From an uncultured Gammaproteobacteria bacterium (GTDB taxonomy: Bacteria > Patescibacteriota > Microgenomatia > Levybacterales > UBA12049): 64,000 bases of DNA. The notes below the pieces were generated by a model. It saw only the letters and a program-made list of their open reading frames with translations. It ran no database searches and was not told where the DNA came from. The stretch is taken from the NCBI GenBank assembly GCA_964507055.1, contig CAZDOJ010000001.1:13210-77209 (forward strand), given 5' to 3'. The position numbers and the translations under genes were made by a program. Below, piece after piece: positions 39,900-48,737 of the stretch; within the stretch, counting starts at the first letter, position 1; every line of letters begins with the position of its first letter.

Positions 39900-39960
39900 T
39901 GGCCTATAATAGTTTTATTTTTAATCATTTCATGGTATAATCCCAAAAGACAAGCCATCC

Positions 39961-41019
39961 TTGTCCCATTTTTTTATGAATAATATTGAAGGTGCTCCCA
40001 AGAAAAGAGTAGAACATCGTGAGGTGGATCCACGAAAAAAACCTATTGATCTTTTCTTTTTACCTCATCATGAGGATATGTATCACGTGCTTGATCCATG
40101 GGAAGAAAAAATACGTAATACACTCGCAGAAAAACCTACCGGCAAACTTGTTGTTTTTACAGAACTAGCAACTGGACGAAGAGATATGAGCGATCGTGTA
40201 CGTGGGCTTGTATCCAATGGTGTTTCTCCCAGTGACGCATATGCACAAGCAATAATATCACGGTTGCGTGAAGCTGGAGATGACGGTACAGATAGTGAAC
40301 TTGAAAATATTGCGTTACGAAGTCTCTCTGGATTTGTAGGAGAATCATCCATGAGACTTGACGGAATTGTCCGTGATTTTCCTGGAAGGATAGACTGGAT
40401 AATTGAAGGTCGTCGCGATGATCAAGAATTACCTGAAGATGACGAAGATGTAAAGGCTGCGTACACATTTCTGACGACAAGAGTTGATGGAGTTCCTAGT
40501 GACGACCATATTGATATTTATCGAGAATCACTTGCAACAATTTCCCATAGCGATCGTGTGCGGGATCGGTATATCGCGGAGCAAATTGCAGAGACACTTG
40601 AAAATCCTGATACTATTGGTGTTGCTGGGTGGGTGGGCACCAAACACACAGCAATCAGTCATAAATTAAAAGCAGACGGCTATACAATTAATCGAACATT
40701 TCCACAGTTAGAGGATGGAGTATTGGTATTTGCACCGATAACAACTCTTATACGAGAAGCCGAGTATCATCCAAGGAGAGAAATTCCCAAAGAAGATATT
40801 ATCGTGACAACCGCTCTTGCCAACCCAGTTTTTGATTTCGATCCGAATGCATCCGATCAGCAATTTTTTAAGAATGCACATACATGGATGACAGAGAAAA
40901 AAGCAGAACTCACGTTACAAGAAGAGCTTGGCAGTGATCAACCATTATCAGAAATTGATCCGTCCGTTAACTGGGATGGGACAGAGGATCCTGATTCCGG
41001 TCCACGTCAGAGCCTTTAA
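39961..41019 (+). CDS. Tag-bearing island protein 11 (family A).
   Basis: It ends 'PSVNWDGTEDPDSGPRQSL'. It has 'RKKPIDLFFLPHH', 'GKLVVFTELA' and 'GVAGWVGTKHTAISHKLKADGY'. Confidence 0.65.
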   Translation: MSHFFMNNIEGAPKKRVEHREVDPRKKPIDLFFLPHHEDMYHVLDPWEEKIRNTLAEKPTGKLVVFTELATGRRDMSDRVRGLVSNGVSPSDAYAQAIISRLREAGDDGTDSELENIALRSLSGFVGESSMRLDGIVRDFPGRIDWIIEGRRDDQELPEDDEDVKAAYTFLTTRVDGVPSDDHIDIYRESLATISHSDRVRDRYIAEQIAETLENPDTIGVAGWVGTKHTAISHKLKADGYTINRTFPQLEDGVLVFAPITTLIREAEYHPRREIPKEDIIVTTALANPVFDFDPNASDQQFFKNAHTWMTEKKAELTLQEELGSDQPLSEIDPSVNWDGTEDPDSGPRQSL

Positions 41020-41054
41020 TTGCTTTTTGTGCCCAATTTGTTACAATACCGCCT

Positions 41055-42089
41055 ATGTCACACTTTGAAAGAGAACCTATAAAAAGAACAGAACGACTTG
41101 ATCCAAGGCAGAAGCCGACGACACTTTTTTTTATCAACCATAATGAGGCTGATCATACGCCACTTGTACCTTGGAAAAATCACCTTGAAAACCGTTTGCA
41201 GGACTTACCGAAAGGGAAAAAGATTGCGGTATTCACTGAAAGTGTTATCACAAGTACTGAAGTCGCTCAAGCCACGCAGGAACGAGTTGCCGATGGTATG
41301 AGTCCAACTGAAGCATATGTACATTCTGTATATGATCAATTGCTTCCAGGTATGCCACGCACTGACAAAACTCTGGAGCTTGTACATGATCATGTCCGAG
41401 CTCAGAATTCTTTTATAGCAGCATCTCGGGATATACTTGATGAATTAGCCCAACGCTATCCCGGAATCCATTGGATTGAAGAATCACATGATGCAACAGA
41501 GCGTGACCGTATCGTAGAGAGTGCAAAAGATTTTTTTACCATGCTTGATGTTCGAACTGATCCTCAAAGCCAAACATTGGATGAAAAAAAAGAGGTGATA
41601 GAGAATTTTGGAGCAAGGCAGCAGATGCGTGATCAAAGCATTGCAGGACTTATTACTGGAGCACTTGAAGAAGATGATGTTGTAGAAAGTATTGGTTGGG
41701 TTGGAGCGGATCATACAGGTATTTCTCATGCTTTAGTGCGAGATGGATATACAGCAAATAGAGTCTTCCCACATAGGCAAGGAGGGACCTTCTATTTTGA
41801 ACCATTAACTACATTGTGGAAAACGGCAAACATTCGAGAACTTACCGATGAAGAAGTAGAAGTATCACTTCAAGCAGACCGAAACCTCGCAGTTCCATTG
41901 AGTGTTGGAAGACAAGCTGATATTCAAGCCGCACATCGGATGATTAAAGTAGCAACCCAGCTGAGACAGCGAAGTAATCAAAGGCAAGAACCACCATCAA
42001 TAGATTCAAGTGAAACTTCTTTGCCTCAAACTGCTATTGACTGGGCTAGTGAAGAAGAAGGTCCCACAGAACCACGAAGAACTTTATAG
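41055..42089 (+). CDS. Tag-bearing island protein 12 (family A).
   Basis: It ends 'TAIDWASEEEGPTEPRRTL'. It has 'RQKPTTLFFINHN', 'KKIAVFTESV' and 'SIGWVGADHTGISHALVRDGY'. A 'TGTTACAAT' box lies 7 nt before the ATG. Confidence 0.65.
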   Translation: MSHFEREPIKRTERLDPRQKPTTLFFINHNEADHTPLVPWKNHLENRLQDLPKGKKIAVFTESVITSTEVAQATQERVADGMSPTEAYVHSVYDQLLPGMPRTDKTLELVHDHVRAQNSFIAASRDILDELAQRYPGIHWIEESHDATERDRIVESAKDFFTMLDVRTDPQSQTLDEKKEVIENFGARQQMRDQSIAGLITGALEEDDVVESIGWVGADHTGISHALVRDGYTANRVFPHRQGGTFYFEPLTTLWKTANIRELTDEEVEVSLQADRNLAVPLSVGRQADIQAAHRMIKVATQLRQRSNQRQEPPSIDSSETSLPQTAIDWASEEEGPTEPRRTL

Positions 42090-42116
42090 TCAAAATGAAT
42101 TTGGTATAATCCCCAC

Positions 42117-43289
42117 ATGGTAGAACATGTTGATTCCTCTCGAACCGGAAAAAAACCACGCAAACCTTTTACACAATTTCTTGTCTCTCATAGTGACGAT
42201 AAACTTGATCAGCTCTCTGGATGGGCTAATGCACTTCAGCGATCGCTTGAAGAAAATCCAGATAAGAAAGTTGTAGTTTTTACAGAAAATGCTAAGGGAG
42301 TTAAAGCAGATTCAGAAAAACTAACAGAAAAGGTTCTGGAAGGTATGCTGCCATCTGATGCATATGCTGCTGTAGCAACAGAAAATATGAGTTCATACTT
42401 TGCAAAGAATAGTACTCGTGTAGGTGTTACAAGACAACGTCGGATTATTAAAAAAGAGGCAGAAAAAGCTAGAGATCAGATTGGAGGAGGATTTTTTGGT
42501 AGATCATTTCAACTTCTTGATGCTATTGCAGCTGAATATCCGGGCAGAATAGTATTCATAAGTGAATGGGAACCAGAGCTCGCAAATCAATTAGATACAC
42601 AACAGAAAACTCGAGAATTAGGTATCGGTTTTCGAAGAGAATTGGGATTGCAGACTCGGGCTGAAAAAGCTGCTTCTGCACGAGAGTTCTTTCTATTCCA
42701 GGCAGATAATGCAAATGCCAGAGAAGAGTCTGCTGCACAAGTTCTGACGGATGCCTTAGACCGCGATGACGTTGCTGCAGGAGTTGGCTGGATGGGAGCC
42801 GCACATACTGGACTTGTACATCGATTGCAGGCAAATCATGATGTACGCATGATTATGCCAGGAAAGGTTGGAAGAGATTTTGTATATACGCCTGAGAATG
42901 CACTTATTCGTGAACGACTATTTCATCCGGATCGTGATATTGATTTGGATGAAGCATACGAGGCTGTACAGATAGAAAGAAGAGTAAGAAGACAGTATCC
43001 AATTTTCCATTTGGGGATTGTTTTAGAAAGTAAATGGGGTATAAATCCATTTCATAATAAGCAGAGAAAAGCTGAAATTGATCAAGAAATTAGTAGAAGA
43101 GCTCAGGTTGAATTCCAAGCTTTTCGAGCAGGCCGAAATGAGTATGCCCAAGATCAAAACACAATAGTAGCTCTTCCCAATGCATCAGCGATTGTACAAG
43201 ACAATGAAGTGTCACTAAGAGATATGAACTCTGGTCTTGATTGGGATGGTTCAGACGGTCCAGATCAAGATTATCGAAAAACATTGTAA
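42117..43289 (+). CDS. Tag-bearing island protein 13 (family A).
   Basis: It ends 'SGLDWDGSDGPDQDYRKTL'. It has 'KKPRKPFTQFLVSHSD', 'KKVVVFTENA' and 'GVGWMGAAHTGLVHRLQANHD'. A 'TGGTATAAT' box lies 6 nt before 'ATGGTAGAA'. Confidence 0.65.
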   Translation: MVEHVDSSRTGKKPRKPFTQFLVSHSDDKLDQLSGWANALQRSLEENPDKKVVVFTENAKGVKADSEKLTEKVLEGMLPSDAYAAVATENMSSYFAKNSTRVGVTRQRRIIKKEAEKARDQIGGGFFGRSFQLLDAIAAEYPGRIVFISEWEPELANQLDTQQKTRELGIGFRRELGLQTRAEKAASAREFFLFQADNANAREESAAQVLTDALDRDDVAAGVGWMGAAHTGLVHRLQANHDVRMIMPGKVGRDFVYTPENALIRERLFHPDRDIDLDEAYEAVQIERRVRRQYPIFHLGIVLESKWGINPFHNKQRKAEIDQEISRRAQVEFQAFRAGRNEYAQDQNTIVALPNASAIVQDNEVSLRDMNSGLDWDGSDGPDQDYRKTL

Positions 43290-43319
43290 TTATTATTTAA
43301 AAAGAATATAATCCCGTCA

Positions 43320-44513
43320 ATGACTGAACGATCTGCAAAATCACCTGCTCAGGTGGAAGGGGCCGTGGCTCCAGATGGCAAGAAAAAACCTGTTTCCCTT
43401 TTCTTTGTTTCGCATCATCCTGCACAAGGATACCAGCTCGACGGATGGAGAAGAAAGATAGAAGATATCCTTGATTCTACTCCAAAAGGAAAAGTTGTAG
43501 TTTTTACAGAGAATGCTGGGCAAAGCCATAGGCATTCCAATCTTACTCGACAAAATGTTGCTAATGGTGATCTACCATCAGATGCCGTTGAAAAAAGTTT
43601 CCGAGAACTAAATGATCATTATCGAAGTCATGGGGTTGAATGGGCCTTGAGTGATGAGAGAGTAGCAGAACTTCTTGAGAAAGGAACAAAAACATTTACT
43701 GGCATATCGACAGCTATACTTGATGATATTGCTGCTCGTTATCCTGGAAGAATAGATCTCGTTGAGGAATGGGAAAGTCGCAAAGGACATCAACTTGAAC
43801 ATGATCTCTACAAAAAGGATACTCCTCAGCGAAATACAACCCTAAGTGCTGTTATGTCTTTATTTCCTCAAGGACGTAGAATTTTGGCTGCTGAGGGTCG
43901 AGAAAAATTGGCATCCGAAGCTGCAATATACCGTGAACGTGAGGAAACATCTGCACGAATTATTAGTGATGCATTAGAACAACCCGATACTATTGCGGCG
44001 GTTGGCTGGATGGGTGCAATACATACTGGACTGAGCCATGAGCTCACTCGAGAGGGTCATCCAGTAATGCGTGTATTTCCAGAGCGAGTAGATGGAGAGC
44101 CATATCTTTTTCCGCCAGGACATACGCTCCTTCGTGCCAAGCGTTTTGATCCGGATAAAGAATTAACTGATGATGAGATCGTAACGGCTGAGCAGGCTGA
44201 TCTGAAGGGAATGCATAAACAATTTGGTGATCCACGGATCAATCCAATTGGTTTTTTTATGCGGTATAAGTCTCAAAAAGAAGAAGTACGCTCAGGAAAA
44301 GCACAGGCTTCTATTCGATATGCTCAAGAATGGTATAGACGAAAAATGGGCAAACAGGCATCAAATGAAGAGCAAGTAAGTACAAATAGACAACTTCAAG
44401 AATCAGTTACGGTTGCCCCAGATATAGCAGAGCCCCCACTTGGCGATCTGAATTCCGATATAGATTGGGGAGAGTCTGGACCCGATGCAAATGGACCAAA
44501 ACGGTCACTCTAA
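43320..44513 (+). CDS. Tag-bearing island protein 14 (family A).
   Basis: It ends 'SDIDWGESGPDANGPKRSL'. It has 'KKKPVSLFFVSHH', 'GKVVVFTENA' and 'AVGWMGAIHTGLSHELTREGH'. Confidence 0.65.
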   Translation: MTERSAKSPAQVEGAVAPDGKKKPVSLFFVSHHPAQGYQLDGWRRKIEDILDSTPKGKVVVFTENAGQSHRHSNLTRQNVANGDLPSDAVEKSFRELNDHYRSHGVEWALSDERVAELLEKGTKTFTGISTAILDDIAARYPGRIDLVEEWESRKGHQLEHDLYKKDTPQRNTTLSAVMSLFPQGRRILAAEGREKLASEAAIYREREETSARIISDALEQPDTIAAVGWMGAIHTGLSHELTREGHPVMRVFPERVDGEPYLFPPGHTLLRAKRFDPDKELTDDEIVTAEQADLKGMHKQFGDPRINPIGFFMRYKSQKEEVRSGKAQASIRYAQEWYRRKMGKQASNEEQVSTNRQLQESVTVAPDIAEPPLGDLNSDIDWGESGPDANGPKRSL

Positions 44514-44556
44514 GCCTGTAATAGTTAAATAGTATATTTTTTGTTATAATCCTTCG

Positions 44557-46401
44557 ATGGTAGAACAATCAAGAAGAATTGCACCACAGGGAAGTCGTAC
44601 TTTTCGTGGTACAGATGTGTCCGCAATGCATGCAGAAATGCAAGGTATCCTTACGGCTTCGAGAGATAATGATCCGCATGCCTCCACAATAGACTCATAT
44701 AGAAAGATTGCTGATGCACTTCCTCTACGGGTTCCAGCTGCTACATACCAAGCCGTTAGTGAATCTATCAATAATCCTGATCCCGTGATTTCAAAAGCTG
44801 GGAAGGAAGTTTTTACTTGGCTAAATATAAAGACTGTAATTTCAGTTGCAGAAAGATATTCGGGAGAAGGTTTGGGAGATGTTGAAGATTTCGCTCAGGA
44901 AGGGGTTACTATCCTTTATGAAAATGTAGACACAATTCATCAGAGGGCAGATAGTTCTATGTATACTTATCGTTTGGCTGAAGAGGCTCTGACTAATAGT
45001 ATTGCTCGTGAGCATGGATTTAGTGTTACTATGAGCGAAAATAGAGTTGCATTACCTATTGGTCAGACCGTGACTGAATTATTTGATAATGCTCCCTTAG
45101 GGGTTGATGAAGTAGGGCTTGAAAGGCAAGCAGTAGTATTAGCACAGAAATTTGGAATTACTGAAGATGCTGCATTTAAATATCTCTCAAGGAGGAGTGC
45201 ATTGCAGCCAATTCACGAAAGTAAGATGCAGCCAGAACGTGAGGATACAGAGGTAATAGAAGATATTATGGTTTTAGATGAGCTTCTGAGGATGCTTCCT
45301 GAAAGGAATGAACAAATGCTGCGGATGAGATTTGGGAATGGTTTTACACTAGATGAAATTGCCCAACGCTACAACCTGGTTCCTGAACGTGCTCGTCAAA
45401 TAATTGCTAAAACAATTAAATCATTACAGCATGAGCAAGTTATCGATTTTGTTACAGGGGGAGTTAAACCCGCATCTCGAAGTCAGCGAATAATGACATC
45501 AGATGGAGAAGAGGGGCAGGATATTGAAGATGTCATCCGCGAAAAGCGTTTGGCTGGATATGGTGAATCTGGATCAGGTTCGTGGGCTGAATCTAGAAAG
45601 GAATTGGCTAATATTGCACATGCATTCTTAGCTGAGCCGCAAATTGGGTATCCGGAAATTGCAAATAGGCTTGGAATTACAGTAGATAAAGTAATTTATA
45701 GTGTACAAACTCTTCGTTCAAAATATTTGTTACCAGATGCTAATGCAGGTAAGCATGCAAAAATAACTCCCGATGATGGCAACAGAACATTGCAGGAAAG
45801 ACTACATTCACGATATGAAAGACAAGAATCCGAGATTGTAGTTCCGCCAATTCAGGGGGAAAGAGAAACAAGTACTATCCCAGCAATTGAGGACACTTCT
45901 TCTAAATCGAAACCACCATCAGAAAGAACACTTCGTGCTTTAATTTTGCAAAAACAAGCGTGGAAGTTACAGCAAGAAGACGGAAAAACGTACGATGAGA
46001 TTTCTGAAATACTCAATGTTAGTCTAGGATCCATACGAAGATATCTTCAAAACGAACGGCGAGACCTTGGTCTTGCAAATCAGACGAATGTCGGACGTCC
46101 TAAAGATCCTGAGGTGCAAGCTAGAAGAGCCGTTTTGGCTGAGAGAATTAAAGCTGGTGAGCCTCTTAGAGTTCATGGATTTGCTAAAGAGTTTGGTACT
46201 ACTGTAGGTACTATAAATTTTGATATACGTGAAATTTTGAGTGGATATCATACTTCTTCATCAGAGACAACAATATTTTCTCAAGAAGAACATGCTTCGC
46301 AACAGCCTAAACTTGAGGAGCCAGAGGTTACGATCGCTGATGTAGCTGTCGATTGGGATGGTACCGATGATCCTGAAGCAGGTCCTCAACGAACTTTATA
46401 A
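44557..46401 (+). CDS. Tag-bearing island protein 15. It is a sigma-70-family-like protein (regions 2 and 4) with a roughly 330-aa C-terminal extension that contains an extra HTH.
   Basis: The region-2-like segment is 'ISVAERYSGEGLGDVEDFAQEGVTILYENVDTIH...SMYTYRLAEEALTNSIAR'. The region-4-like segment is 'LDELLRMLPERNEQMLRMRFGNGFTLDEIAQRYNLVPERARQIIAKTIKSL'. The extra HTH is 'KTYDEISEILNVSLGSIRRYL'. It ends 'VAVDWDGTDDPEAGPQRTL'. A 'TGTTATAAT' box lies 6 nt before 'ATGGTAGAA'. Confidence 0.65.
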   Translation: MVEQSRRIAPQGSRTFRGTDVSAMHAEMQGILTASRDNDPHASTIDSYRKIADALPLRVPAATYQAVSESINNPDPVISKAGKEVFTWLNIKTVISVAERYSGEGLGDVEDFAQEGVTILYENVDTIHQRADSSMYTYRLAEEALTNSIAREHGFSVTMSENRVALPIGQTVTELFDNAPLGVDEVGLERQAVVLAQKFGITEDAAFKYLSRRSALQPIHESKMQPEREDTEVIEDIMVLDELLRMLPERNEQMLRMRFGNGFTLDEIAQRYNLVPERARQIIAKTIKSLQHEQVIDFVTGGVKPASRSQRIMTSDGEEGQDIEDVIREKRLAGYGESGSGSWAESRKELANIAHAFLAEPQIGYPEIANRLGITVDKVIYSVQTLRSKYLLPDANAGKHAKITPDDGNRTLQERLHSRYERQESEIVVPPIQGERETSTIPAIEDTSSKSKPPSERTLRALILQKQAWKLQQEDGKTYDEISEILNVSLGSIRRYLQNERRDLGLANQTNVGRPKDPEVQARRAVLAERIKAGEPLRVHGFAKEFGTTVGTINFDIREILSGYHTSSSETTIFSQEEHASQQPKLEEPEVTIADVAVDWDGTDDPEAGPQRTL

Positions 46402-46442
46402 TTTATCTTTCCGCCTCATCCTATGGTATAATCTTGCCCAAT

Positions 46443-48695
46443 ATGATTGAACGGAGACCTCAAATGAAATCGGCAGTCTTTACCGGAGATGTTGATGGCA
46501 TTGATCCTTATGGTACATTGGCAGAATATGTAAAAGTTATTGATACTGTGGCTGCGATTCGCACTCCAGAAGATCGTATTCAGGCAAGACATGTATTACG
46601 TCGGATGATTATTGGATTTCCTCCTCACATTTCTCCCGCAGCTTTCATTAAAAATGAACATGCAGAGCTTGCTCTTACAGATGAAGAGCGAAGGATACAA
46701 GAACAAGATACAATTGATAGAAAAGCCAAACAAGAAGCAATTGATGCAGATATTGCTTCAGGTACATATCCTTGGCAAGCACATGCACGGCATAATGAAG
46801 AAAGCAGAGTCAATACACATCTCATTGGGTTTTACGGAGATGAAGCTTTACAACCACTCTATGGACCTCCTTATTTTGAATCAACTCACGGACAAAAAGA
46901 AGTCCATTTAATACATTTGGATATCAAGCCAGTTGAGGGAGAAGTGCGAAAGAGTGCACATTGGGATGCGTTACCAGAAGATCTTCGAGAACAGTTTGAG
47001 GGAGGATCAATCCCAATCACCGGAACGACTGACCTTTATGCATTAACAGATGAGGAATTAGACAACCTTGCAGTGTCCGAAGATCCATTCAAAATGCAAA
47101 AGCATATAAAAAAGAAACTTGCTCAAGCGGATGATGGATATTATGTTTTGTATTATAGTGATTTCCGCAATCCAGGAGGGAGAACTGGTGTCCTCATGCA
47201 ATCAAGGGATGGAGATATGCAACCTGTGACCACGAAAATTGGTGATGATGAATTTCTCATTGAAGCCAAATCGATAGGGACAAAATATGGTGGATTTGGA
47301 GGAAAGCATCGTCGTCAAAGTGGAAATGATGTCATTACGGGTGGGGGGACTGCTAGAGAATCCGTACGTGAAATTGAGCGCTTGGAAGAGACTGAATTTC
47401 ATGATGGTCCTCAACCAGTTGGTGCTATAACATTTCGCAACGAGGAAGGTGAAGATCAAGGTGTACTGCTTCGACTTACACCGTCAACTGTTCGTGCTGC
47501 TTTTACTATGCCAGATGCATATCCGAAAATTGATTCCCCTGATATTGCAAAGCGGGTTTTCGATATGTATACACAATTATTGGCTGATCAAACGCTTGGA
47601 GAAAATCCTTATATTATAGGTGCTCAATCTTCACATACGGAAAATATCCTCATTTGGAAAGATACGTATGGCTATACAGACTCAGCAGATAAAGCAGCTT
47701 TTCATGATGGTTCAGTGGTGAGTTATGAGAAGGACTTCAAGTTGCGTACGCCTAAAGAGTTTCTCATAGAATACATTGGGCTCGTAGGATATATTCCTGG
47801 AAGGAGCAAGGTAGAAAAACAATACTTTATTGATGGGCTTACTCGAGCTTTTGCCTCTCATGGCAAAAATATTGACCTCCATCCTGAAGATTATGATTTT
47901 GAGATTGCCGAAAAGCTTTGGGCAGAAGGGGGAATTGCATATTCTGTATTTAAGGCTAGAAGAGAACGAGGATTTGTGGCAGATGGAGTACTTAAAGATT
48001 TTACTGATTATGCTGCAAAGGTGAGAGATATATTTGGCGAAAAAGCAATGGGTTCTGAAGAATCATTTAAGCAGAGGATGGAAGATATGGTTGCAACTGT
48101 GAAGAAACAGCTTCTTGAGAAAAGAAATAAAACCAGTGACATTGACGCCCAAAGAGAAATCAATAGTATATTAGCAGAACTCGGAGGAAATAATTTTTTG
48201 AATGGAAGTAATGGATATGATCTCATTTCGAATACGTTTTCACAAAATCATGGAGAAACACAGGAAGATAATGAGCTTATTCAAAACGCTGAAGATATTA
48301 AGACGATACAACAGCTATTTTTCATACATGAATTATATTTCGATCATGAAAGTGATGTAGTATCTGGTGCGTTGAAAAGTTGCCCTGAAGAAGAACGTGA
48401 AAATGTTGAAGATGCAAAAGCGGAGGTTGGTCGAAAACTAGATGAAGCATTTATACTTCGCACGCCAGAAGGACTTTATCGAGCTCTAACAGATGCGGAA
48501 TATGTGCGAGAGTTGATAACAATGGAGGTATATTCACAAGGCTCAGAATTATCTACAGATATTGAAGCTCATCCCGAACAAGTGATCTTCGATCCACGAC
48601 AATATGGATCATCGACTGAGTTTTTTTTAGCTGATGCCCAGATAGACTGGGCTGGAATAGAAGATCCTGATCCTGGATCACAACGAACGCTTTAG
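46443..48695 (+). CDS. Tag-bearing island protein 16 (753-aa hypothetical).
   Basis: It ends 'AQIDWAGIEDPDPGSQRTL'. The ORF track starts at an upstream TTG, so the ATG at 46443 was chosen, 10 nt after 'TGGTATAAT'. Confidence 0.6.
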   Translation: MIERRPQMKSAVFTGDVDGIDPYGTLAEYVKVIDTVAAIRTPEDRIQARHVLRRMIIGFPPHISPAAFIKNEHAELALTDEERRIQEQDTIDRKAKQEAIDADIASGTYPWQAHARHNEESRVNTHLIGFYGDEALQPLYGPPYFESTHGQKEVHLIHLDIKPVEGEVRKSAHWDALPEDLREQFEGGSIPITGTTDLYALTDEELDNLAVSEDPFKMQKHIKKKLAQADDGYYVLYYSDFRNPGGRTGVLMQSRDGDMQPVTTKIGDDEFLIEAKSIGTKYGGFGGKHRRQSGNDVITGGGTARESVREIERLEETEFHDGPQPVGAITFRNEEGEDQGVLLRLTPSTVRAAFTMPDAYPKIDSPDIAKRVFDMYTQLLADQTLGENPYIIGAQSSHTENILIWKDTYGYTDSADKAAFHDGSVVSYEKDFKLRTPKEFLIEYIGLVGYIPGRSKVEKQYFIDGLTRAFASHGKNIDLHPEDYDFEIAEKLWAEGGIAYSVFKARRERGFVADGVLKDFTDYAAKVRDIFGEKAMGSEESFKQRMEDMVATVKKQLLEKRNKTSDIDAQREINSILAELGGNNFLNGSNGYDLISNTFSQNHGETQEDNELIQNAEDIKTIQQLFFIHELYFDHESDVVSGALKSCPEEERENVEDAKAEVGRKLDEAFILRTPEGLYRALTDAEYVRELITMEVYSQGSELSTDIEAHPEQVIFDPRQYGSSTEFFLADAQIDWAGIEDPDPGSQRTL

Positions 48696-48707
48696 AAATG
48701 TCAGGTT
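48691..48707 (+). repeat. Conserved intergenic element 'TTTAGAAATGTCAGGTT' that overlaps the stop codon.
   Basis: It recurs nearly identically at 50764-50780, and a related 'CTAGAATGTCAGGTAG' lies at about 28974-28989. It always sits directly after a tag-encoding 3' end and about 30 nt before the next -10 box. Confidence 0.5.
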
Positions 48708-48722
48708 TGTTGAGCTAAATTT

Positions 48723-48731
48723 TGCTATAAT
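48723..48731 (+). promoter_or_regulatory. Extended -10 'TGCTATAAT', 6 nt upstream of the ATG at 48738 (leaderless arrangement).
   Basis: It is representative of the island's promoters. The same arrangement occurs at 42102-42110, 44542-44550, 50796-50804 and 53562-53570 (TGnTATAAT-N6-ATG). Coordinates are approximate to +/-1 nt. Confidence 0.5.
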
Positions 48732-48737
48732 CCCCGA

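Noticed and set aside
24938-46442. ORF-track starts at 4950, 13567, 18146, 24938, 35098, 38784 and 46434.
   Set aside because: Several are GTG or TTG codons lying inside or upstream of the gene's own -10 box, or are out of register with family N-termini. Starts were reassigned to the downstream ATG at 4953, 13582, 18191, 24992, 35116, 38847 and 46443, with reduced confidence.
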